Source: Promethearchaeia archaeon (GTDB lineage Archaea > Asgardarchaeota > Lokiarchaeia > Sigyniarchaeales > SOKP01). Taken from it: a stretch of DNA of 51,969 nucleotides. This document shows, in pieces, positions 38,770 to 47,882 of this stretch. Every line of letters begins with the position of its first letter. Within the stretch, counting starts at the first letter, position 1. The stretch lies in the NCBI GenBank assembly GCA_029856155.1, contig JAHQWL010000027.1:1-51969 (forward strand), written 5' to 3'. The notes under the pieces are model-generated. The model was not told where the DNA came from, did no database searches, and saw only the letters and a list, made by a program, of their open reading frames with translations. The translations under genes and the position numbers were made by a program.

Positions 38770-39840
38770 TTAAGATTTTTTAGATTTTTTCATTTTAATT
38801 TCTGTTTTTTCAAGGTCAAGTTTGTGTTTGTTTGAGTATATTTTTACTGGTTTAGATTTATCAATTGGTCCATAACATGCCCAACACGCATTTTCCAAAG
38901 TAGTTAAAGCTTGAGCACATTTTTGGCAATATAAAGCACCACAAGCTGGACAAATAAAGGTAAATCCTTCTGCTGTACCTTTACATACTAAACAGATCTT
39001 TCTTTCCTTATGAAAAACGATGTCTTCTTCGGTTATGTTTTCTGGGCGCATCTCAAAAAGTCTAAATAAATCTCCCTCAATTTTAATTTCTTTTTCTTCA
39101 GGTTTTTCTTTTTTAACTTTTATACGTTCTTCTCTTAAGGCAAAATACCACATCCAAGCAGTGATTAAAAATAGAAATCTAAAGAAAAATTTCATTATTA
39201 CTAATGTAATAATAAATTCTATTATTGCAGAAGTGGTTGCTAGAATTTGACCATAACTTAGTAAGAAATATTTCCTCCTTATGATTCCCTCAGATTGCAT
39301 TCCTTTATAAAAAGCCCCAAAACCGAGAAAAATAAATTGTTGAAGTATGAAGAATAAGACTATAATAATGAAAACGTTGATATTGGCTGAAAAAATTAAA
39401 AATTCTTCCTGGGCAGTAGATAAATTAGAGATATTCCAATATTTTCCAGGATCTTGGATATATATTATTGAGAGTATGATTCCACATAATATATTCACTA
39501 TTATTATGATCTGCTTTGTTTTTTTAGAAAGCCATAAATCAATCCCAAAATAAATAGTAGTTATATTAATTAAAAATACAGAAAGACCAATTAGAACTAA
39601 AGGAATACCATATAAATCTATCATATTTTCTCCTTTTATAAGATAATAGAAGAAATTCACAGTATACCCTAAATACAGGAGTGCTACTGAACATAACATA
39701 ATACCGGCAATTCCTAATCGTCTAGTATGAGTCTTTTTAGATTTAAATAGGAAAAAAAAACCAAAAATCATCTCGAAGAAAAACACACTGAGAAAAGATA
39801 TTGCATTCAATAATCCAATAATATTAACCATTTCTTTCAC
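38770..39840 (-). CDS. 7TM membrane protein with C-terminal 8-Cys (C4C4 RING-like) zinc finger
   Basis: ~7 TM helices, charged linker, CLVC-x9-CPAC-x4-CQKC-x10-CWAC. Confidence 0.75.
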   Translation of the reverse strand: MKEMVNIIGLLNAISFLSVFFFEMIFGFFFLFKSKKTHTRRLGIAGIMLCSVALLYLGYTVNFFYYLIKGENMIDLYGIPLVLIGLSVFLINITTIYFGIDLWLSKKTKQIIIIVNILCGIILSIIYIQDPGKYWNISNLSTAQEEFLIFSANINVFIIIVLFFILQQFIFLGFGAFYKGMQSEGIIRRKYFLLSYGQILATTSAIIEFIITLVIMKFFFRFLFLITAWMWYFALREERIKVKKEKPEEKEIKIEGDLFRLFEMRPENITEEDIVFHKERKICLVCKGTAEGFTFICPACGALYCQKCAQALTTLENACWACYGPIDKSKPVKIYSNKHKLDLEKTEIKMKKSKKS

Positions 39841-39901
39841 AGATTGTATTTTATTTCCATATTTTTCTACTGGTTTTCAATTAATGCATGAACTTTTCAA
39901 T

Positions 39902-40039
39902 TAGATATTATTCAAATTTGTATAGTCAATATATATAATTTACTATAACATTTACCTAAATATCATAGAAACATCTAAGTTCATAAAAGATAAACTAAAT
40001 TATATTCTAAAGATGTTAGTTCAAATCCCATCAGAAAAC
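39902..40039 (+). pseudogene. Direct-repeat unit 3: spacer + relic of the M20 gene 5' end
   Basis: 39965-40039 translates IETSKFIKDKLNYILKMLVQIPSEN versus real MEITNSLKEKLLYILKNLIQIPTEN; offset 217 nt. Confidence 0.82.
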
Positions 40040-40256
40040 TTGAGTCTTCTACCCTTGTTACAAGCAAATGTGCTGAAGTCCTCCCCAAAACTCCGTTCGA
40101 AGATGATTATGTCTAGATTTGATTGATATTTCATTAAACTAGTCAAATTTAATTTATTTTAGTACATTTTTTTCTAATATTATGGAAATAACTAATTCGT
40201 TAAAAGAAAAATTGCTCTATATTTTGAAGAATTTAATTCAGATTCCTACTGAGAAT
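40039..40256 (+). repeat. Direct-repeat unit 4: relic M24 3' end (40039-40116) + spacer + intact M20 start
   Basis: LESSTLVTSKCAEVLPKTPFEDDYV* versus LESPTLVTRKGAEVLPKTPFEVDYV*; 64/78 nt identical to 37353-37430. Confidence 0.9.
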
Positions 40257-41324
40257 CCACCTGGAAAAACCGAAGAAGTGGTTAATTTCTTGGTTAAGGA
40301 AGTTTTCAAAGAAGAAGAAGGTTTCCGTAATAAAATTATTACTCATATGAAAAACGGTGTTAAACTCCATAATTTAGTATCAAAAATTGGTTCAGGAAAA
40401 AAGAAGATATTATTATCCGGACATTTTGATGTGGTACCCGTTGGAGATCAAACCAAATGGTCTTATCCTCCATTTTCTGCTAAAGTTGTGGATAATAGAG
40501 TATATGGTCGAGGATCTGCTGACATGAAAGGAGGAATAACGTCAATAATAGGAGTAATGAAGTTATTAGAGTCAAACAGCCATTTTATGGAAAATTATGA
40601 GCTTATTTTCCTAGGTTCTGCTGACGAAGAAGCAGGTATGACTGGCTCTGAGTTATTATCGAAGAAAGAATTTATCAATAATGCTGAATTAATAATTATA
40701 GCTGAACCTACTAATTTAGACATTGGTGTTGCTGAAAAAGGTGTATTATGGGCGACTATACGGGTTATTGGAAAGTCAGCTCATGGATCTATGCCTCAAG
40801 AGGGACATAATGCGATAGAAGGAATCTTTAAAATTATTCCTAAAATAAATAATTGCTTAGAAAATAAATCAAATAAAATTCTTGGAAGATCCACTATAAA
40901 TATTGGAAAAATTCATGGTGGTACAAAAATTAACATTGTCCCTGATTATACCGAATTAGAAATTGATTTTAGATTAATCCCCGAACAAGAACATGAAAAA
41001 GTAATAGATAATTTGAGAGAAATTGAATTAGAGCCTTATTCTATTGATGTTGAAATTACAAACTCATTACACTCTTTATTAACTGACACAAATCATCCAT
41101 TCGTCCAAAATTTGAAAAATATAACGAATTCAGAATTTATTGGTTTATCTTATGCCACTGATGCTTGTAAATATATAAGTCCTACAAATTTTATTCCCTT
41201 TGTTATATTTGGTCCAGGGGATCCAAATAATGTTCATAAGCCAAATGAATGGGTACAATTAGAACAAGTATTCCAAACAACAGAATTATTAACCGAAGCG
41301 CTTATAAAAACTTATCTCAAATAG
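40182..41324 (+). CDS. M20 metallopeptidase (ArgE/DapE family)
   Basis: GHFDVVP, GRGSADMKGG, ADEE, AEP, G..AHGS.P, H..NE. Confidence 0.93.
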   Translation: MEITNSLKEKLLYILKNLIQIPTENPPGKTEEVVNFLVKEVFKEEEGFRNKIITHMKNGVKLHNLVSKIGSGKKKILLSGHFDVVPVGDQTKWSYPPFSAKVVDNRVYGRGSADMKGGITSIIGVMKLLESNSHFMENYELIFLGSADEEAGMTGSELLSKKEFINNAELIIIAEPTNLDIGVAEKGVLWATIRVIGKSAHGSMPQEGHNAIEGIFKIIPKINNCLENKSNKILGRSTINIGKIHGGTKINIVPDYTELEIDFRLIPEQEHEKVIDNLREIELEPYSIDVEITNSLHSLLTDTNHPFVQNLKNITNSEFIGLSYATDACKYISPTNFIPFVIFGPGDPNNVHKPNEWVQLEQVFQTTELLTEALIKTYLK

Positions 41325-41466
41325 AATTTTTAATCAATAATGAGTATTAATTCAGATTTCAAAAGCGATTCGAGTATCATTCTTTATAAATAATAAAAGA
41401 TGTTTTTATAATTCTTAAATTAATAAAGAGCTTATATAAAGAAAATTGAAATGAGTGAATTAAATC

Positions 41467-42240
41467 ATGACTAAATTAAATTTTGAAAAAGATGATGTAT
41501 TAGGTATAATAACTTTTGTGGACAAACCGATGAATTTAATAGATTCGGATTTCATAAAGGAATTAGAAGTAATTTTAGATAAATTAGAGAATGAAGAAAT
41601 AAGAGCTTTACTCTTTAAGGCAGATGAAAATAATTTTTCAGCTGGAGCAAATGTATCGTTTTTTCAGAACTCAAATGAGGATTCTACAAGAAAAATATTA
41701 GAAGTGTTTTTAAGTGCTATAAATCGAATAGAACGATTGCCATATCCAACAATGGCTGCTGTGAAGGGTATGTGTATTGGAGGGGGTTTTGAATTAGCAT
41801 TAGCTTGTGATTATATTTGGGCAAGTGAAAATGCACAATTTGCGGCAGCTGAAGTATTAATAGGAATTGTACCTTTAGGGGGTGGGGTTCAGAGACTCGC
41901 TCAGAGATGCGGTGCTGCAAGAGCTAAAGAGATTACACTAAGCGGTCGTTTTATTAAACCTGAAAAGTTAGAAAGATGGAATGTTATAAATAGAGTTTTA
42001 CCAGAGCAAGAACTTATTGAAAAAGCTATTAAATTTATGAAAATTCAATCAAACGGTCCAACAATTGCTTTTGATACAATAAAAAGATTACTAAGAGAAT
42101 ATTATGATAAAGGTTTAGAAAAATCAGATAAATTATTAGTAGATGTAGTTCCTAAGCTTTTTGAGACAGAGGATATTAAAATAGGCATTGAATCTTTTAA
42201 GAAGAGAGGACCGGGGAAAGCTATATTTAAAGGTAAATAA
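41467..42240 (+). CDS. Enoyl-CoA hydratase/isomerase family
   Basis: FSAGAN, CIGGGFELALACD, E..IGIVP.GGG.QRL. Confidence 0.93.
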   Translation: MTKLNFEKDDVLGIITFVDKPMNLIDSDFIKELEVILDKLENEEIRALLFKADENNFSAGANVSFFQNSNEDSTRKILEVFLSAINRIERLPYPTMAAVKGMCIGGGFELALACDYIWASENAQFAAAEVLIGIVPLGGGVQRLAQRCGAARAKEITLSGRFIKPEKLERWNVINRVLPEQELIEKAIKFMKIQSNGPTIAFDTIKRLLREYYDKGLEKSDKLLVDVVPKLFETEDIKIGIESFKKRGPGKAIFKGK

Positions 42241-42306
42241 TCTTATTATTATTATCTTTATTAGAATTTGATATATGTAATTCATTTGATTATAAAGTAA
42301 TAATTT

Positions 42307-43458
42307 CTATAATTTAAGAACAAATTTCTCAATTCTGTTCATTGCTTCCTTAAGCTTTTCTATTTCAGTAGCGTATGATATTCTTATCATATTATCTGAA
42401 AATGACCCAAAAATGTTTCCAGGTACGATGGCTACTGCTTGTTCTTTCATAATTCTCTTTGAAAATTGGGGGCCACTCAACTTGAATTTTTCTGTTGATG
42501 GCATCATATAAAATGATCCTTGTGGTTTTACTAAGTCAAATCCAATTTCTTTTAGTCTATGGTAAACTAAATTTCGTCTATCATCAAAACTTTTCAAAAT
42601 ATTCTCGAAAAAACCTGTGCCCATTTTTAATGCTTCAATAAAACCATATTGTGCAGCATGATTAGTTCCTGCAACTGTATATTGATGAAATTTTTCCATC
42701 AAATTAATTATTTCTTTTGAAGCGACTACATACCCAATTCTAAATCCTGTTGCAGAATATAATTTTGACATTGCATTCACGGTAACAGTTCTTTCAAACA
42801 TACCATTTAAAGAAGCTGGACTTACATGTTTAAATCCATCATAAACGTAATTTTCATAGACTTCATCTGTTATTAAATATAGATCATTTTCAATAATAAT
42901 ATCAACAATTTCGTTCAATTCTTTTGGTGTTAGAGCATGACCAGTAGGATTATTGGGAGTATTAATCAACATTGCTTTTGTTTTAGGGTTGATTGCATTT
43001 CTTATTCCTTCAATATTAAGACTAAAATCCTTGTTTCGTTCAACTTCTATTACTTTAACACCAAAAAATAACGCGCAATAAAAGTAAGAAACAAAATTCG
43101 GTGAAGAAATAATCAATTCATCTCCAGGATTAAAGAGTGAAGCAAATGCTAAAGTAACAGCTTGACTAGCTCCATTTGTAATAATTGCATTTTCTTTCCA
43201 ATTTGAATCTATCTTATTTTTCCTTCGCACTTTTTCTTCAATCAACTCTAATAATTCCGGAACACCTCTTGTAGGAGCATACATAGTAACTTTTTTTTTT
43301 AAGGCGTCAATATTTCCTTGTATTACTGGTTCTGGAGTGGTAAAATCTGGTTGACCAATACCTAAACTAATTACATCTGAACGCTCCGAAGCAAGATCAA
43401 ATAACTCTCTAATTGCTGATTTTGGAGCTTTAGATACTCTATAGGAAGTGTCTTTCAT
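42307..43458 (-). CDS. Class I/II PLP-dependent aminotransferase (AspC-like)
   Basis: GQPDF, NTPNNPTG, DEVY, SKLYSATGFRIG. Confidence 0.93.
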   Translation of the reverse strand: MKDTSYRVSKAPKSAIRELFDLASERSDVISLGIGQPDFTTPEPVIQGNIDALKKKVTMYAPTRGVPELLELIEEKVRRKNKIDSNWKENAIITNGASQAVTLAFASLFNPGDELIISSPNFVSYFYCALFFGVKVIEVERNKDFSLNIEGIRNAINPKTKAMLINTPNNPTGHALTPKELNEIVDIIIENDLYLITDEVYENYVYDGFKHVSPASLNGMFERTVTVNAMSKLYSATGFRIGYVVASKEIINLMEKFHQYTVAGTNHAAQYGFIEALKMGTGFFENILKSFDDRRNLVYHRLKEIGFDLVKPQGSFYMMPSTEKFKLSGPQFSKRIMKEQAVAIVPGNIFGSFSDNMIRISYATEIEKLKEAMNRIEKFVLKL

Positions 43459-43546
43459 GATTAATTTTCTTTATAGTGATATATTAAAAAGTCTGCTTGT
43501 TAATATGCTGATACAAAAAAGAGTTTTTTGAGGTTATTAAAATTTT

Positions 43547-44101
43547 TTAAATATTAACCCCATGATCACTTAAAATTTGATGTACTAAGAGAGAAAAAGC
43601 TTCTTCAATATTTTCTCCAAGTTTTGCGCTTGTTTCAATAAAATGACTAGCTTTAATTTTTGTCGCTAATTCTTTTCCTCGTTCTGTAGCTATTACTCTC
43701 TGATCTTTTAAATCACTTTTATTCCCTATTAAGATGAATGCTCCTTTCTTTTTTACATGTTTTTTAAAGTCTCTTAACCATTTATTACTAATATTATCTA
43801 ATGTATTATAGCGCGTTACATCATAAACGAGTAGAGCGCCCTGGCACCCTTGGAAATACATACTACGAACAACTTGATATTTTTCTTGACCCGCTAAATC
43901 CCACATAATCAATCTAACTCTTGCATTATCAAGATTTACATCTTTTCGTACAATGTTAGCTCCTAATGTAGGTTTATAATCTTCTTGGAATGACTCTTCT
44001 ACAAATTGGCTAATTAATGAAGTTTTGCCCACTGCTGCATCTCCTAAGATAGTTATTTTAAAAACGAATTCACGTAATTCACTAGTTTCTTCTATTGTCA
44101 T
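43547..44101 (-). CDS. Rab-like small GTPase
   Basis: GDAAVGKT, PTLG, WDLAGQE, NKSD, TSAK. Confidence 0.95.
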   Translation of the reverse strand: MTIEETSELREFVFKITILGDAAVGKTSLISQFVEESFQEDYKPTLGANIVRKDVNLDNARVRLIMWDLAGQEKYQVVRSMYFQGCQGALLVYDVTRYNTLDNISNKWLRDFKKHVKKKGAFILIGNKSDLKDQRVIATERGKELATKIKASHFIETSAKLGENIEEAFSLLVHQILSDHGVNI

Positions 44102-44222
44102 TATGCAATTTATTATTTTGTTGTAAGTATATTTAATACTTTATTTCAAAAATGATATATGATATTTTTTTATTACAAATATAAGGATTTCTTCTATAAA
44201 TTATATAATTTTCGTCACAAGA

Positions 44223-44786
44223 TTATTTAATACTTTTCTTAATTTTTAACTTAATAATAAAACTATTGTGGGTTGGATCGTTTACATCTTCTTTTTCACT
44301 TTTACAAATAACCATTTGTTCTGAAGGTAAAGATTTCTGTAAAGAATGAACTAAAAACCCTATAAATAAGTCACAAGGAACTCCAATCTCAGAACAGAAG
44401 ATGCATCTATCAACTTGAACAGTTATTTCATTTTTGCTATTATCCAAAATCTCAACTTTCCAATCTGTAATAATTGAAGAATTCATTTCCTCAACAACTT
44501 CTTCGAATTCTTTACCAAAAGGGAACATATAAAATGCCATTTTTTTTCCAATTTCGTAAAGAAGCTTCGAAGAATCATATAATAAACAATTTTGAGCCGA
44601 AATGATTTTTTTAAAAGAAAAGTAATCTAATGTGTCGTTAGGATCTTTATCTTTTATATCTATCATTTCTGCTTCTCTTAATATTGATTTCATTCCATCA
44701 TAATCAAGGATATCATGATACGCTTGGAGAAGCGCTATGACAACTTTATTCTTTACAAATCCTTTATAATCTCCAATCATTTCCAT
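44223..44786 (-). CDS. V4R-like protein
   Basis: GMKSILREA, LYEIGKK, RCIFC...PCDLFIGFL. Confidence 0.65.
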   Translation of the reverse strand: MEMIGDYKGFVKNKVVIALLQAYHDILDYDGMKSILREAEMIDIKDKDPNDTLDYFSFKKIISAQNCLLYDSSKLLYEIGKKMAFYMFPFGKEFEEVVEEMNSSIITDWKVEILDNSKNEITVQVDRCIFCSEIGVPCDLFIGFLVHSLQKSLPSEQMVICKSEKEDVNDPTHNSFIIKLKIKKSIK

Positions 44787-44807
44787 TAAATTTGATAATT
44801 TACCTTT

Positions 44808-45389
44808 TTAATCTATGTTATTATTTAAGTAATCTAATTTGACTTTAGTTCCACTCTTATTTAAGATATGCAAAACTAACTTTTTAAAAGCCATCTCAAC
44901 ATTTTCTCCATATTTAGCACTTGTTTCAACAAAATCAGCTGCATTAATCTTTTGAGATAATAAGTTTCCTTCCTCAGATGATACTTTAATTGAGTCCTTC
45001 AAATCTAATTTATTACCAATTAAAATATAGACTCCATTGGGTTTACTAAATTTTATAAAATCCTCAAGCCATTTTGACGTTATATGCTCGTATGTTGAAT
45101 AACGCGTTTTATCGTAAACAAATAAGGCACCTGAACATCCTTGAAAAAACATCTTACGTGTTAACTCATATTTAGCTTGTCCAGCGATATCCCATAAGAG
45201 AAGACGAATATCAGAATTTATCTCTTCAATATATATATCTTTAGTGACAATATTAACCCCAAGTGTTGGTTGGTAATTCTCGTTAAATGAATCAGTGATA
45301 TATTTATCAATTAAGGAGGTTTTACCTACTGCGGGATCTCCTAATATTGCCAACTTTAATGCCCATTCTCTCTTTTTCTCTTCTCCCAT
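44808..45389 (-). CDS. Rab-like small GTPase
   Basis: GDPAVGKT, PTLG, WDIAGQ, NKLD, TSAK. Confidence 0.95.
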   Translation of the reverse strand: MGEEKKREWALKLAILGDPAVGKTSLIDKYITDSFNENYQPTLGVNIVTKDIYIEEINSDIRLLLWDIAGQAKYELTRKMFFQGCSGALFVYDKTRYSTYEHITSKWLEDFIKFSKPNGVYILIGNKLDLKDSIKVSSEEGNLLSQKINAADFVETSAKYGENVEMAFKKLVLHILNKSGTKVKLDYLNNNID

Positions 45390-45400
45390 CGATAATCAAC

Positions 45401-45835
45401 CTATTCTCCTATGTTTAAAAGTGATAAATCAAATTGAGGATCATTAGCACGATCTAATTTTTTATCTGTTTCAAATATAGCGACTTCCCCGGTAACAGAA
45501 ACGATACTTGGTTTACTTAAATGCCCACCTATTACACTATAATCTCTTCTTCCTAAAGATACATGTAAGTGAATAATTGGCTCATCGTCCTTATAAGTTA
45601 AATTTCCCATACATGTTATCAATTCAACATTTTCGATATAGGTTTCCATTTTATAGTTTTTAGTATCAATTTCAAAATACCCTAGTGTAAATTTTTTCAA
45701 TGCTCCAATACAGTTGATGAATCCAGATTTAATATTATGTTTTTTCACCATCTTAATAATAGAATCCATTAAATCCTCATCGGGTTCTACTTTTCCTATA
45801 ATTATTCGTTCACTTCTAGTTTCAATACTCTTCAA
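45401..45835 (-). CDS. PPC/DUF296-domain protein
   Basis: CIGAL, ELI..MGN, IHLHVSLG...GGHL, VTGEV. Confidence 0.88.
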   Translation of the reverse strand: MKSIETRSERIIIGKVEPDEDLMDSIIKMVKKHNIKSGFINCIGALKKFTLGYFEIDTKNYKMETYIENVELITCMGNLTYKDDEPIIHLHVSLGRRDYSVIGGHLSKPSIVSVTGEVAIFETDKKLDRANDPQFDLSLLNIGE

Positions 45836-45862
45836 TATAACCCCCTTAAATGGTTTAATTAT

Positions 45863-46402
45863 TTAAGTTTCGATCATTAACTTTTCCAAAACCTTATTCA
45901 CTAATTTCTTGAATGCCTCTTCTACGTTATCTCCGTATTTAGCACTAGTTTCCACAAAATCAGCTGCATTTATTTTTTCCGCAAGCTTTTTTCCCATCTC
46001 GGTCGATACCACTCTTGAACTTTCTAAATCGATCTTATTTCCAATCAAAACATATGATAAATCTTGTTCGCCATATTCATTTGCATCTATCAACCATTTT
46101 GATACTACATTTCGAAAAGATTCATCCCTAGTCACATCGTAAACAAATAGAGCTCCTACAACTCCTTGAAAAAACATTTTTCGCGAAACAACATATTTTT
46201 CTTGACCAGCAATATCCCAAATAACTAACCGGATTTGAGCATCTAATTCATCAATTTCTTTAACAACTATATTTACGCCAAGAGTAGGTTTATAATCTTC
46301 TTTAAAACGGTGGTGAGCATACATATCAATCAAGGATGTTTTACCAACCGCAGCATCACCTAATAAAACCACCTTTAAAACGATAATTTTTTCTCCAGAC
46401 AT
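45863..46402 (-). CDS. Rab-like small GTPase
   Basis: GDAAVGKT, PTLG, WDIAGQE, NKID, TSAK. Confidence 0.95.
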   Translation of the reverse strand: MSGEKIIVLKVVLLGDAAVGKTSLIDMYAHHRFKEDYKPTLGVNIVVKEIDELDAQIRLVIWDIAGQEKYVVSRKMFFQGVVGALFVYDVTRDESFRNVVSKWLIDANEYGEQDLSYVLIGNKIDLESSRVVSTEMGKKLAEKINAADFVETSAKYGDNVEEAFKKLVNKVLEKLMIET

Positions 46403-46580
46403 CCTTACTCGATAAATCCTTTCTAATATGTTATAGTTAAGATAGATTCATTTCTTTTATATTTGAGTTAATGGAGAGATTTTTATGTCTTTGCTACGAA
46501 TTATAATTTCAACTATAATTCGAAAAATTAATTATAATGAACTATTATAACCATTATTAGTAGAAATAACAAGAAAAATT

Positions 46581-47540
46581 ATGCCAGAAAAAGTCACAAT
46601 ATCGGATATAGAATTGATTTTATCAGAACCCGCTCAAGTTGATATGCAATGGGTTGGTAATGATGATTTAATAAAGCAACTAAAAGCAGCGTGGATGATT
46701 GTTGACAAAGAGGATTTACCTCTTAATCCAAGAATACTAGGAAAGCCAGGTGTTGGTAAGACAACACTTGCTTATGCTGCTGGAAGAAGATTAGAAAAAG
46801 ATGTATATATGTTTCAATGTACAATGGATACGCGCCCTGAAGATTTGCTTATTAGCCCTGTTATTGCTTCAGATACTAAAATAGCCTATGTCGCGAGTTC
46901 TTTAGTATCTGCTATGGTAAAAGGAGGAGTATGTTTACTGGATGAGGGAAATAGGATGAGTGAAAAAAGTTGGGCGTCATTAGCACCATTGATGGATAAG
47001 AGACGCTATGTTGAGAGTATTATAGCAGGTATAAGGATTTACGCTCATCCAGATTTTCGGTTATGTGTCACTATGAATGCTGATTCTAGCACTTATGAAA
47101 TTCCAGAATATATTCAATCTCGTTTACAACCTAAAATTTATATAGAATTTCCAAACAAAATTGATGAGTTAAAAATATTAAAGTACAATTTACCATTTGC
47201 CTCAGAGGAAATATTAGAATATTGTGTAAATTTCCTTCAAAATGCTCATATACATGACGAACCTTATACTGTGAGAGATGGTATTAATATTTTAAGATAT
47301 TATATTAAGTCGAGAATGATGAAGAAAGAAAACCAAGATATAATAGAAAAAAGCACATTAGAAAATGCTGTGATTCAAATATTAGAAGAAGCCGCTTTAA
47401 AATATTTACCGGGAAATTATGAAGAATTTATGAAAAAGCAGAAAGAATCAATCTCTTTTAGGTTATTGAAAGATATTGAGGAAGTTAATGATTATTATGA
47501 TAAATTTGTAAAAAAATCTGATAAAGATTCTAATATTTAG
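46581..47540 (+). CDS. MoxR/CbbQ-NirQ-type AAA+ ATPase
   Basis: GKPGVGKT, LLDEGNR, HPDFRL..TMN, SRL. Confidence 0.88.
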   Translation: MPEKVTISDIELILSEPAQVDMQWVGNDDLIKQLKAAWMIVDKEDLPLNPRILGKPGVGKTTLAYAAGRRLEKDVYMFQCTMDTRPEDLLISPVIASDTKIAYVASSLVSAMVKGGVCLLDEGNRMSEKSWASLAPLMDKRRYVESIIAGIRIYAHPDFRLCVTMNADSSTYEIPEYIQSRLQPKIYIEFPNKIDELKILKYNLPFASEEILEYCVNFLQNAHIHDEPYTVRDGINILRYYIKSRMMKKENQDIIEKSTLENAVIQILEEAALKYLPGNYEEFMKKQKESISFRLLKDIEEVNDYYDKFVKKSDKDSNI

Positions 47541-47809
47541 AGTTTGTTTTATCATATTTCAAGAAATTAAAAAAGAGTTTGTTATTGAATAAGTTTTTGA
47601 TTGATTTAGATACTTCTTAATAAATCTCTATCTTCCCTATCGTTTTAAGAGTCGTACAGTAATATCTAACAGCACAAGTATATTTAACACTATCGATACT
47701 ACACTTGTAATTAAAAATGAACTTGTCTAAATATATTAATTTAGTAAATATTAAATTCATGTAAAATATCAAAACTAACATAAAATCTGGTTTTATTAAA
47801 AAAATAGTT
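47496..47809 (+). repeat. Direct-repeat copy A: intact MoxR 3' end + internally deleted relic of the 49255..49692 gene and its promoter
   Basis: 47496-47728 aligns to 49117-49346. The minus strand reads ..SFLITSVVSIVLNILVLLDITVRLLKR* versus ..PFVITCVSYIVLSILTLLGIIIRLLKR*. 47776-47809 matches 49756-49789 at 27/34. Confidence 0.88.
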
Positions 47810-47882
47810 TTATGTTTAACTTACTATTTTATTTTTCTTTTTTTTTAGATACTAAAAGTGTATGGAGATGAGGATTAGAACA

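Noticed and set aside
37353-40256. CRISPR array or classical integron attC array
   Set aside because: The repeats are long, degenerate and derived from coding ends. There are no regular spacers, clear attC R-box pairs, cas genes or intI.
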